A stretch of 60,888 nt of DNA, the filler included, from Coriobacteriales bacterium (GTDB taxonomy: Bacteria > Actinomycetota > Coriobacteriia > Coriobacteriales > UBA8131), in the NCBI GenBank assembly GCA_031263105.1. It is 5 parts of 5 records of this genome, joined end to end, with 100 filler letters (N's around TTAATTAATTAA, not from the genome) between each part and the next. Parts side by side here need not be neighbours in the genome. Positions count along the whole stretch, not along the records: positions 25,437 to 44,715 come from JAISGJ010000154.1; positions 44,816 to 50,877 come from JAISGJ010000165.1; 3 more parts are not named here. The stretch is one strand, 5' to 3'. The notes beneath the pieces are model-generated. The model saw only the letters and a program-made list of their open reading frames with translations, was not told where the DNA came from and did no database searches. Of this stretch, positions 37,780 to 46,312 are shown piece after piece. Each line of letters opens with the position of its first letter. The first letter of the stretch is position 1. Made by a program: the position numbers and the translations under genes.

Positions 37780-39408
37780 ATGGACACCAGCTTCAAGCGG
37801 CTCGGCGACCTTGTCGCCGCGCTCGGTCAACGGACGGATGCCGCCGGCTGCCCTGCGGCGCCTCTCTCGCAGGAGGCGGCCCTGCAGGAGGTGCGCGGCC
37901 TTGCCTACCGCTCGGACGAGGTCTCGCCGGGCGACCTGTTCTTCTGCGTGCCGGGCAGCCGCGCCGACGGCCATGACTTCGCCTCCGATGCCGCCGCACG
38001 TGGCGCCGTCGCGTTGGCCGTCGAGCATCCGGTGCCGGTCGCACTGCCCCAGGTGCTCGTCGATGATGCCCGCCTGGCGCTTGCCTTCGCCTCCCGCGCC
38101 TTCTATGACGACCCCTCGGCCGCCCTGAGCATCGCTGCGGTCACGGGCACGAACGGCAAGACGACGACCACCTATCTCCTCGACTGGGTCTGCCGCCATG
38201 CCCTCGCCCGCCGCCTGGGCGCGTCCCCCGCTGCCCTCACGGGCCTCATCGGCACTGTCGAGACCCGCGTCGGTGCCGCCCGCCTCCCCTCGAAGTCCAC
38301 CACGCCGGAGAGCCTCGACCTCCAACGGCTGCTGGCGCAGATGCGCGAAGCGGGCATACGCCACGTCAACATGGAGGTCTCGAGCCATGCCCTCGCCCTG
38401 CACCGCGTCGCAGGCGTCCGCTTTGCCGTGGCGGCGTTCTCGAACCTCTCGCAGGACCACCTCGACTTCCACGGGAGCATGGAGGTCTACTTCGAGGCGA
38501 AGGCCGCCCTGTTCGACTCGCCGCTCGTCGCAGGGCGCGCCATAGACATCGACACGGAATACGGGCGGCGCCTTGCCCGCCGGTGCGAGGCCGCAGGCCG
38601 TCCGGTGCTGACCTGCGGGCTTTCCAAGGACGCCCAGGTGGGTGCCCACGACATCGTCTACAGCGCCGAGCGCACCTCCCTCACGATGCGCACGCCTGCA
38701 GGCGACCTCCCGCTCGTCTTTCCCCTCATCGGCCCCTTCAACGTGAGCAACGTCCTCCTTGCGTCGGCCGCAGCCTTCCTGCTGGGCTTCTCCTTCGGCG
38801 AGACGGCCGCCGCGCTTGCGGCCGCCCCGCAGGTCCCCGGTCGCCTTGAGCGCGTGTGGGCATCCGGCCTTGCGCCCGACGGTGCCTGCCAGCCCCCCTT
38901 CGGCGTGTTCGTCGATTACGCGCACACCCCCGACTCCATCGCGAAGGCCCTCGACGCCCTCAACACCCTGAAGGGCGCCCGTGCCCGCACGCTCATCGTC
39001 TTCGGCTGCGGCGGCGACAGGGACAAGGGCAAGCGCCCCCTCATGGGGGCCGCCGCGCTTGCGGCCGACTACGCCGTCGTCACGAGCGACAACCCGCGCA
39101 GCGAGGAGCCCGAGGCCATCATCGCCGACATCCTGCCCGGCATGGCGCAGGGCGCAGGGCGCTACGTGGTCGAGTGCGACCGGCGCAGGGCGATCGCGCG
39201 CGCACTTGCCCTCGCCGCTCCCGGCGACCTCGTTCTTGTCGCCGGCAAGGGCCATGAGGACTACCAGCTCGTCAAGGACCGGGTCCTTGCCTTCGACGAC
39301 CGCCTTGTCGCCGCCGAGGAGCTGCGCGCCTTGGTCGATGCAGGCCTGTGGCCCCAACGAGGGCCCCAACGAGGACCCCAACCGGACGGCGGTGCCCCAT
39401 GCAGCTGA
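37780..39408 (+). CDS. murE: UDP-MurNAc-tripeptide synthetase (DNPR motif, meso-DAP type)
   Basis: TGTNGKTTT, MEVSSH, DHLDFH, DYAHTPD, SDNPR and AGKGHEDYQ motifs. Confidence 0.95.
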   Translation: MDTSFKRLGDLVAALGQRTDAAGCPAAPLSQEAALQEVRGLAYRSDEVSPGDLFFCVPGSRADGHDFASDAAARGAVALAVEHPVPVALPQVLVDDARLALAFASRAFYDDPSAALSIAAVTGTNGKTTTTYLLDWVCRHALARRLGASPAALTGLIGTVETRVGAARLPSKSTTPESLDLQRLLAQMREAGIRHVNMEVSSHALALHRVAGVRFAVAAFSNLSQDHLDFHGSMEVYFEAKAALFDSPLVAGRAIDIDTEYGRRLARRCEAAGRPVLTCGLSKDAQVGAHDIVYSAERTSLTMRTPAGDLPLVFPLIGPFNVSNVLLASAAAFLLGFSFGETAAALAAAPQVPGRLERVWASGLAPDGACQPPFGVFVDYAHTPDSIAKALDALNTLKGARARTLIVFGCGGDRDKGKRPLMGAAALAADYAVVTSDNPRSEEPEAIIADILPGMAQGAGRYVVECDRRRAIARALALAAPGDLVLVAGKGHEDYQLVKDRVLAFDDRLVAAEELRALVDAGLWPQRGPQRGPQPDGGAPCS

Positions 39409-41012
39409 CCATCGCCCAGATAGCGGCTTTCTCCCAGGCGTTGACCATCGTGCCGGCGCGCGACGCCCAGCGCGTCGTCCAGCGCGTCGTCTGGGACACG
39501 CGCGCGCTTCAGCCGGGGACGCTGTTCGTCGCCCTGCCGGGCGAGAGGGCCGACGGCAACGACTTCATCCGCGAGGCCTTCGAGAAGGGCGCCGCTGCGG
39601 TCGTCGCGTCACGACAGGTCGTCGAGGCCGAGCGTTTCGCTGCCGAGAGGCACAAGGCGGCCCTGCTGTACGCGCCCGACGGGCTGCTCGCGCTGCAGAG
39701 GCTGGCATCCGCCTGGCGCGGCCAGCTGGATGCGCAGGTGGTCGGCATCACCGGCTCCAGCGGCAAGACCAGCACCAAGGCGCTCGTGAGCGCCGTGTTG
39801 GAGCGGGCCTTTCTCACGGTGTCCTCGCTCGGCAACCGCAACAACGAGGTCGGCCTGCCCGCCACGGTGCTCTCGGCCTCCCTTGCGACCGAGGCCCTCG
39901 TCGTCGAGATGGCCATGAGGGGGCGCGGGCAGATAGCGGACCTGTGTGCCATCGCCCGCCCGCAGACGGGCATCGTCACGAACGTCGGGCCCGTGCACCT
40001 CGAGCTCCTCGGCACCAAGGACAACGTCGCCCGTGCCAAGGCAGAGCTCGTCGAGGCCCTGCCGGACGGGCGGGGCGTCGCCGTCCTGGGCGGCGACGAC
40101 CCCTACACGCCGCTCATCCGCGAGGTCGCCCGGACCGCCGAGCGCGACCTGCGCGTGCTCCTGTTCGGCCTGGGGGCGCACAACGACATCCGTGCGACCG
40201 CCATCGAGTACGACGAGGCCGCCCGTCCCTCCTTCGACCTCTGGCTTCCTGACGGCGACCCGCGACGGGTGAGGCTCCGTCTTCAGGGGAGGCATTCGGT
40301 CGTCAACGCGCTCGCGGCCGCCGCAGCGGGCACGAGCCTGGGGGTGCCCGCCTCGCAGCTCGTCTCCGCCCTCGAACAGGTACAGCCCGTCCCCATGCGC
40401 CAGGTGGAACACGGGCTCGACGACGGCACCCTCCTCATAGACGACACCTACAACGCGAACCCCGACTCGATGCGCGCCGCCCTGGAGCTGCTGGGGCGCT
40501 TCCCCGCAGGCCGCCTGCGCGTCGCCGTCCTCGGTGACATGGGGGAGCTGGGCGAGGGCGAGGCGGCCCTGCACGAGGGCGTGGGCGCCGCCGTCCGACA
40601 GAACGGCATCGACGTGCTCGTATGCGTCGGCGCACGGGCGCGCTCCTATGCCCAAGGCGCCCGCGCTGCCGGCATGGACGGCGCGTCGGTCGTCGTCTGC
40701 GACGACATCGAGGGCGCCGCAGCGACCCTCGCGCCCCTGCGCGACGAGGCCCCCGTCATCCTCGTGAAGGCCTCGCGCTTCATGCGGCTCGAACGCCTCG
40801 TCACCCTCCTCATCGAGGGGCGGCACGACGACGGGCAGCCGCCCGAGGGCCGCAACGACGACGGGCAGGACGGGCAGGCCCCCGGCGGGGGAGGGGACGC
40901 CGAGGCGATGTGGTATGCTGAGAGGGACGGGCAGGCCCCTGAAGGCGGGCAAGCCATCGACGACGGACAGACCCCCGACGACGGACAGGACGAGGAGGAA
41001 GGCGCCCCATGA
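39399..41012 (+). CDS. murF: UDP-MurNAc-pentapeptide synthetase
   Basis: TGSSGKTSTK, NNEVGLP, DDTYNANPDS, GDMGELG and VKASR motifs; acidic repetitive tail. Confidence 0.95.
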   Translation: MQLTIAQIAAFSQALTIVPARDAQRVVQRVVWDTRALQPGTLFVALPGERADGNDFIREAFEKGAAAVVASRQVVEAERFAAERHKAALLYAPDGLLALQRLASAWRGQLDAQVVGITGSSGKTSTKALVSAVLERAFLTVSSLGNRNNEVGLPATVLSASLATEALVVEMAMRGRGQIADLCAIARPQTGIVTNVGPVHLELLGTKDNVARAKAELVEALPDGRGVAVLGGDDPYTPLIREVARTAERDLRVLLFGLGAHNDIRATAIEYDEAARPSFDLWLPDGDPRRVRLRLQGRHSVVNALAAAAAGTSLGVPASQLVSALEQVQPVPMRQVEHGLDDGTLLIDDTYNANPDSMRAALELLGRFPAGRLRVAVLGDMGELGEGEAALHEGVGAAVRQNGIDVLVCVGARARSYAQGARAAGMDGASVVVCDDIEGAAATLAPLRDEAPVILVKASRFMRLERLVTLLIEGRHDDGQPPEGRNDDGQDGQAPGGGGDAEAMWYAERDGQAPEGGQAIDDGQTPDDGQDEEEGAP

Positions 41013-42112
41013 TAGGCTTTGCCGCATATCCCACCTTCCAAGTGTTCCTGGCCATCTTCGTCTCCATGGCGATCACGATGGTGCTCCTCCCTATCTGGAT
41101 ACGGATACTGCGCTTCCGCCAGATCGGGCAGCAGATACGCGCCGACGGCCCCCAGCGCCATCTCGTCAAGCAGGGCACCCCCACGATGGGAGGGGTCATC
41201 CTCCTGGTCTCGGTGCTCATCACGGTGTTCCTGCTTGCCAAATCGACTTCCCAGACGAACATGCTCTCGCTGCTGCTCGTCTGCGGCGTGACGCTGCTCA
41301 CCGGCATCATGGGGCTCATCGACGACCTCTCGAAGGTCGTGATGGAGCGCTCGCTCGGCCTGCGGCCCAACGTGAAGATGATCTGCCTCACGCTCATATC
41401 CACGGCCTTCTGTCTGGCCGCCGTCAACTTCGCGGGCATCGAGCCGACCGTCACCATCCCCTTCCTCCCCCCGATCGACCTGGGGGCGTTGACGACCGTC
41501 ATCCCCGTGGGCGATGCGACCTTCGGCATCCCCTGGCTCTACCTCCTCTTCGTGATTCTCCTCATGGCGGGCATGTCGAACGCCGTCAATCTGACCGACG
41601 GGCTCGACGGCCTGGCGAGCGGGACCGTCATGATAGCCATGGTGGTCATGGCCGCCATCGCCTACCGCAGCGACCAGCTCAACACCGCGCTGTTCGCCGC
41701 TGCAGTCACCGGGGCCTGCGTCGGCTTCCTCTGGTTCAACGCGCATCCGGCCGACATCTTCATGGGGGACACCGGCTCGCTTGCCCTCGGCGCCTCCTTC
41801 GCCGCCCTGGCAATCATGACGAAGAGCGAGGTCGTCTCCCTCGTCGTCGGCGGCATCTTCGTGATCGAGGCCCTGAGCGTCATGATCCAGGTGGGGCACT
41901 TCAAGCTGACGCGCAAGCGGGTCTTCCTCATGGCGCCCCTGCACCACCACTTCGAGCAGAAGGGCTGGTCGGAGAACAAGGTGGTCATCCGCTTCTGGAT
42001 CGTCACCGCGCTCTTCGCCTGCGTCGGCTTCGCCCTGTTCTTCTACCAGAGCATGCAGGCATTCCAGGGGTCCGGCCTGTCAGACGCTCTCAGGCACTTC
42101 GTTCTGCGCTGA
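41009..42112 (+). CDS. mraY: Phospho-MurNAc-pentapeptide transferase
   Basis: KQGTPTMGG, NAVNLTDGLDGL, FMGDTGS and MAPLHHHFE motifs. Confidence 0.97.
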   Translation: MIGFAAYPTFQVFLAIFVSMAITMVLLPIWIRILRFRQIGQQIRADGPQRHLVKQGTPTMGGVILLVSVLITVFLLAKSTSQTNMLSLLLVCGVTLLTGIMGLIDDLSKVVMERSLGLRPNVKMICLTLISTAFCLAAVNFAGIEPTVTIPFLPPIDLGALTTVIPVGDATFGIPWLYLLFVILLMAGMSNAVNLTDGLDGLASGTVMIAMVVMAAIAYRSDQLNTALFAAAVTGACVGFLWFNAHPADIFMGDTGSLALGASFAALAIMTKSEVVSLVVGGIFVIEALSVMIQVGHFKLTRKRVFLMAPLHHHFEQKGWSENKVVIRFWIVTALFACVGFALFFYQSMQAFQGSGLSDALRHFVLR

Positions 42113-42325
42113 GCACATCCCCAAAACCGGAGCGGCACAGGGGCACAGGCGCAAGCCCCCATGACGCTGCCGAGTCGCCGCTGCCTGGCCCTTGTGTGGC
42201 TGTTTTTAGGACGAGTTTGAGCCAAGGCATGGCTGTTTTTAAGATGTATTTTAGCCAATATGTGGCTATTTCCTCTGTGAATCTGATATCATCTTCAAGT
42301 TGGCCCACGAATGCAGGGAGACGTG

Positions 42326-43648
42326 ATGGAACGGCGGCTGATGCGGCAGCTCGTAGCTTGGAAGGACTCGGCGGGGAGAATGCCCCTGCTGCTCAACGGT
42401 GCGCGCCAAGTCGGCAAGACGTGGCTGCTTCGTGAGTTCGGCAATCGGCAGTTCGAGAATGTGGCCTATGTCATCTGCGAGAACAACCCGGTGATGGAAA
42501 GGGTGTTCGACAGCTATTCCGATGTCAAGCAGGTTATCCAGGCCATCTCGGCGCAGACCGAGACCCGGATCGTGCCCGGCCATACGCTCATACTGCTGGA
42601 TGAGATCCAAGAGATACCCTTCGCCCTCTCGTCGTTGAAGTACTTTTGCGAAAATGCCCCCGAGTACCATGTCGCTGCCGCAGGCTCCTTGTTGGGCGTG
42701 AAGTTCCGGAGGAACAATGCACCCTACCCGGTCGGCAAGATACAGACCCTCGACCTCTACCCCCTTTCCTTTACCGAGTATCTTGACGCGGTAGGCGCCC
42801 AGGCCTTGGGCGACCTGTTGGCGCAGCGGAACCATGGCCTGATAGCGGCTTTCGACGAGCAGTTCGTCAGACACCTTGCAAACTATTGCTATGTCGGCGG
42901 CATGCCGAACGCAGTGGGCGCGTTCATTCGGCAGAACGACTACCGTGCCGCACGTGCCGTCCAGACGCAGATCGTCGAGGACTACATAAACGACGTCTCC
43001 AAGCATCTGGACATCGGTGACGCATCGCGGGCACACGAGCTCTGGCGCTCGATTCCCGCGCAGCTCGGCAGAGAACAGGGCAAGCGCTTCTTCTTCAGCG
43101 AGGTCTCGCAGAGCAGGCGTGCACGCGATTTCAAGCGTGCCCTGCAATGGCTTGTAGATGCCGGGCTTGTGGTAAAAGTGCCGAGGGTGTCCAAGCCGGG
43201 TATCCCGCTCAGGCACTATGCGTCGGAAACCCTTTTTGAACTGTTCTTGCCCGATGTGGGGCTCTACTCCGCCCTGTGCGAGCTCGACGTGCAATCTGTG
43301 CTCCTCAGAGACCCTCTGTTCAAAGAGGGCAAAGGCGCGCTGAGCGAGCAGTTCGTCTGCCAACAGATACTGAGCGAACTCGGCAGCACGCCCTTTTACT
43401 GGGCGAACAACGACAACCAGATCGACTTCATCATCAGCAACGAAGGCTCCCTCTATCCCATCGAGGTCAAGGCGGCACAGAACCTGCATTCGAAGAGCCT
43501 GCGCAGCTTCTGTGACACCTACGGGCTTCACGGTTACCGGCTGTCCTTGGCCGGGTACGAGCGTCAGGACTGGATGACCAATATCCCCCTGTATGCGACA
43601 AGCACTCTGCTCGCCCCTGCGCCTGTCGCCCCCGCCCCCTTCTCCTAG
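42326..43648 (+). CDS. AAA_14 ATPase with C-terminal DUF4143/PD-(D/E)xK-like domain
   Basis: GARQVGKT, LDEIQ, AAGSLLG, VGGMP and QIDF...PIEVKA motifs. Confidence 0.85.
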   Translation: MERRLMRQLVAWKDSAGRMPLLLNGARQVGKTWLLREFGNRQFENVAYVICENNPVMERVFDSYSDVKQVIQAISAQTETRIVPGHTLILLDEIQEIPFALSSLKYFCENAPEYHVAAAGSLLGVKFRRNNAPYPVGKIQTLDLYPLSFTEYLDAVGAQALGDLLAQRNHGLIAAFDEQFVRHLANYCYVGGMPNAVGAFIRQNDYRAARAVQTQIVEDYINDVSKHLDIGDASRAHELWRSIPAQLGREQGKRFFFSEVSQSRRARDFKRALQWLVDAGLVVKVPRVSKPGIPLRHYASETLFELFLPDVGLYSALCELDVQSVLLRDPLFKEGKGALSEQFVCQQILSELGSTPFYWANNDNQIDFIISNEGSLYPIEVKAAQNLHSKSLRSFCDTYGLHGYRLSLAGYERQDWMTNIPLYATSTLLAPAPVAPAPFS

Positions 43649-43725
43649 CAGGGCCTGCAGGGAGGAAGGCAGTCCTCCTCGACGTGCGACGCTGCGAAGT
43701 CCGCCCAGGTGGTGTAGTAGCCGCA

Positions 43726-43810
43726 GGTCCGTCAGACCGCGTCCCCCCGTCAGGCCGTCTGTCAGACTGCGTCCCCCTGTCAGACTGTCAGATTCCCCCA
43801 CTGTCAGATT
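43726..43810. repeat. Imperfect repeats of GTCAGAC/GCGTCCCCC between convergent genes
   Basis: About five GTCAGA units; the minus strand includes TGACAGTGGGGG, as in the MITE end. Confidence 0.55.
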
Positions 43811-44456
43811 CAGAAGAAAAGCCGGTTTGTAGAGCCAAAAGGCTTTTATCGTTCAGGTAGCGCGTGATGATGGGTAGGCTTATGACATCGGCAATCGGGA
43901 TGAACTGAAGGACGATGTAGAGGGCGCGCAGGCCGCGGTGGATATTCAGCCGTCTGCAGGTTAAGAGAATATCCGAAGTAGAATGAACAGATGTGGCAAC
44001 AATCTGCAGGTAGCATACTGCCAAAAGAAGGAACAGAAACACTGAAACCGCAACACCCGCCACAATGCCAGAGATAATGGGAAGTTTTGGAAAAAACAAA
44101 GCAATAAATGATGCCAAGTAACCAGATAATGCGACTAGTCCGATACATAATATTGAGAGCAGAAAATACGGTATCATAATGACCTTGAATACGAAAGGCG
44201 CTCGCCCTGCTCCTTCCGGCTCGCTCTGCTTGCGGCGAGCGCGTCCATACATTATTGCCGTGACACAATTAAACAAAGCAAGAACAGCGGATGCAAGCAT
44301 CAAATAGCCGATCAAGGAGGTGACCAGATTAAGACTGTCAGCAGACTGGGCATATTCCTGATGGGATCCCGAAAAATAATACCAACCTATACAGAAGTAA
44401 AATCCATAGGCACAAAGGGCGGTAAGGGTTAACAGAGCAATTCGTACAGTCTTCAC
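43788..44456 (-). CDS. Hypothetical multi-pass membrane protein, visibly lower GC than flanks
   Basis: 222-aa ORF with about five hydrophobic segments and AT-rich codons. Confidence 0.7.
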   Translation of the reverse strand: MKTVRIALLTLTALCAYGFYFCIGWYYFSGSHQEYAQSADSLNLVTSLIGYLMLASAVLALFNCVTAIMYGRARRKQSEPEGAGRAPFVFKVIMIPYFLLSILCIGLVALSGYLASFIALFFPKLPIISGIVAGVAVSVFLFLLLAVCYLQIVATSVHSTSDILLTCRRLNIHRGLRALYIVLQFIPIADVISLPIITRYLNDKSLLALQTGFSSESDSGGI

Positions 44457-44562
44457 AGGTCACCCGTCCCAAAGTCAAACTGATAATTTGCAGTTAGTAT
44501 AGCAAATCAAATCAGCGAGCAGACGATCAGGATAAAAGGTTGTCAGGGCCGCTGACGCTATC

Positions 44563-44672
44563 GCTACTGCTCACACCCCACTGCCACCCCGAGCCCCACT
44601 GCCACCCCGAGCCCCACTGCCACCCCGAGCCCCACTGCCACCCCGAGCCCCCCTGCCACCCCGAGCCCCCCT
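44563..44672. repeat. Degenerate MITE left end expanded as an 18-bp tandem repeat (CCCCACTGCCACCCCGAG) x5
   Basis: GCTACTGCTCACACCCCACTGCCACCCCGAGC resembles the TIR GTTACTGTTCACACCCCACTGTCATCCCGAGC. Confidence 0.75.
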
Positions 44673-44715
44673 GGCAAGCCGAGCGACGCCGAGGACGCTG
44701 GGGACACGCCGGGGC

Positions 44716-44815
44716 NNNNNNNNNNNNNNNNNNNNNNNNNNNNNNNNNNNNNNNNNNNNTTAATTAATTAANNNNNNNNNNNNNNNNNNNNNNNNNNNNN
44801 NNNNNNNNNNNNNNN
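44716..44815. other. Artificial contig linker
   Basis: N44-TTAATTAATTAA-N44. Confidence 0.98.
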
Positions 44816-44898
44816 GGGGCGGCGGGCGGCGGGGCGGCGGCGGGGCCGGGCGGCGGCGGGGCGGCGGGGCGGCGGCGGGCGGCGGGGCGGCGGCGGGG

Positions 44899-44931
44899 GC
44901 TCGGGATGACGGTGGGGGCGTGAACAGTATC
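44899..44931. repeat. MITE right end near contig start
   Basis: GCTCGGGATGACGGTGGGGGCGTGAACAGTATC. Confidence 0.65.
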
Positions 44932-45058
44932 CAGGAACAGTAACCACGCCGTGACGGCGCCGTGACGGCCGTGACGGCCCTGTGCATGGCCGCCCTGCAC
45001 GGCCGGAAGATATGCTATACTACCCAATCGATGCCTTCCCAACCGCATCAGGTGCCGT

Positions 45059-45133
45059 TCCTCGGTAGCTCAATGGCAGAGCAATCGGCTGTTAACCGAT
45101 TTGTTGTAGGTTCGAGTCCTACCCGGGGAGCCA
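45059..45133 (+). tRNA. tRNA-Asn (GTT)
   Basis: Acceptor stem TCCTCGG/CCGGGGA, anticodon arm ATCGG-CTGTTAA-CCGAT, GGTTCGAGTCC T-arm, encoded CCA. Confidence 0.97.
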
Positions 45134-45143
45134 ATGGATGTCC

Positions 45144-45178
45144 CAGGCCCGCGAGACCCTGCGGGCCTGTTCGTTTTT
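45144..45178 (+). terminator. Intrinsic terminator after tRNA-Asn
   Basis: CAGGCCCGC-N8-GCGGGCCTG followed by TTCGTTTTT. Confidence 0.7.
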
Positions 45179-45222
45179 CAGGGAGCCTGTGCGGTCGATC
45201 CTGGAGAGGATGCGCACGACCT

Positions 45223-46221
45223 ATGGACGTACAACTGCTCGAACTGCTCAAGGCCCTGCTCGTCGGCATCGTCGAGGGCGTCACCGAGTGGCTGCCCATC
45301 TCGAGCACGGGGCACATGATCCTGTTCGACGAGTTCGTCAGGATGGACGTGTCGCCGAGGTTCCTTGAGATGTTCCGCGTCGTCATACAGCTCGGTGCCA
45401 TCATGGCGGTCGTCATCCTGTACTTCCATCGGCTCAACCCCTTCTCGCCGCGCAAGGCGCCCGCCCAAAGACGCGCGACCCTCGGCCTGTGGGCAAAGGT
45501 CGTCGTCGCCTGCGTGCCTGCGGCGATCGTCGGCTTCCTGCTGGACGACTGGGTGGAGGCGCACGTCTTCAACGCGGTGGTTGTGGCCTGTGCGCTCGTC
45601 GTCTACGGCATCGCCTTCATCGTGATCGAGCGCATCAAGGGCAGCGGGGAGGGCCCTGGGCGGGAGGAGGGCCGCGCACACCGTGCAAACGGTGCCGGGC
45701 GAGGGGAGGGCCGTCGTTACAAGGGGGAGGACCACGGGCGCTACCGTGGCAGGCACGCACGCCCTGCCAGCGGGGGTGCCGGTGCCGCAGGCGGCGGGGG
45801 CGGCGAGGAGCTTGCCTCCCTCTCGTTTCCGCGTGCGCTTGCCATCGGCCTTTTCCAGTGCCTTGCCATAGTCCCGGGCACCTCGCGTTCCGGCTCCACC
45901 ATCCTCGGCGCCCGCATCCTCGGCGTCTCGCGGCAGGTGGCCGCCGAGTTCTCGTTCTTCCTCGCCATACCGGTCATGCTCGGCTGGAGCCTGCTCAAGG
46001 TGCTCAAGGTGTTCGTGCTCGACGGCCTCTCGCCGACCGCGACGGAGTGGGGCGTGCTCGCAGTGGGCCTCGTCGCCGCCTTCGCCGTCTCGGTCGCCGC
46101 CATCAGGTTCCTCATGGGCTACATCAAGGGCCACAGCTTCGAGGCCTTCGGCTGGTACCGCATCGTGCTCGGCATACTGGTGCTGGCGTTCTTCGCCCTG
46201 ACCGGCTCCCTGTTCGGCTAG
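45223..46221 (+). CDS. uppP: Undecaprenyl-diphosphate phosphatase, with a Gly/Arg-rich loop insertion
   Basis: GIVEGVTEWLPISSTGHM, PGTSRSGSTI and AEFSFFLAIP motifs. Confidence 0.95.
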   Translation: MDVQLLELLKALLVGIVEGVTEWLPISSTGHMILFDEFVRMDVSPRFLEMFRVVIQLGAIMAVVILYFHRLNPFSPRKAPAQRRATLGLWAKVVVACVPAAIVGFLLDDWVEAHVFNAVVVACALVVYGIAFIVIERIKGSGEGPGREEGRAHRANGAGRGEGRRYKGEDHGRYRGRHARPASGGAGAAGGGGGEELASLSFPRALAIGLFQCLAIVPGTSRSGSTILGARILGVSRQVAAEFSFFLAIPVMLGWSLLKVLKVFVLDGLSPTATEWGVLAVGLVAAFAVSVAAIRFLMGYIKGHSFEAFGWYRIVLGILVLAFFALTGSLFG

Positions 46222-46312
46222 CTGCGTGCGCATGCGCGGGATGGCGTACAATGGATGAATCGGCCCTTCCTTAGAGGAAGGTAACGGGCAGGAGCAGGCA
46301 GGATGTGAGGGG

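Noticed and set aside
35677..39381. Very long antisense ORFs (also 47690-50812, 16207-18273, 50930-53098)
   Set aside because: Shadow frames of high-GC genes on the opposite strand, with no recognisable motifs.
45059..45133. tRNA-Asn as an integration site
   Set aside because: No duplicated tRNA 3' end and no integrase on this contig.
44962..45222. N-terminal extension of uppP in the ORF track
   Set aside because: It overlaps tRNA-Asn and its terminator; the real start is the ATG at 45223.
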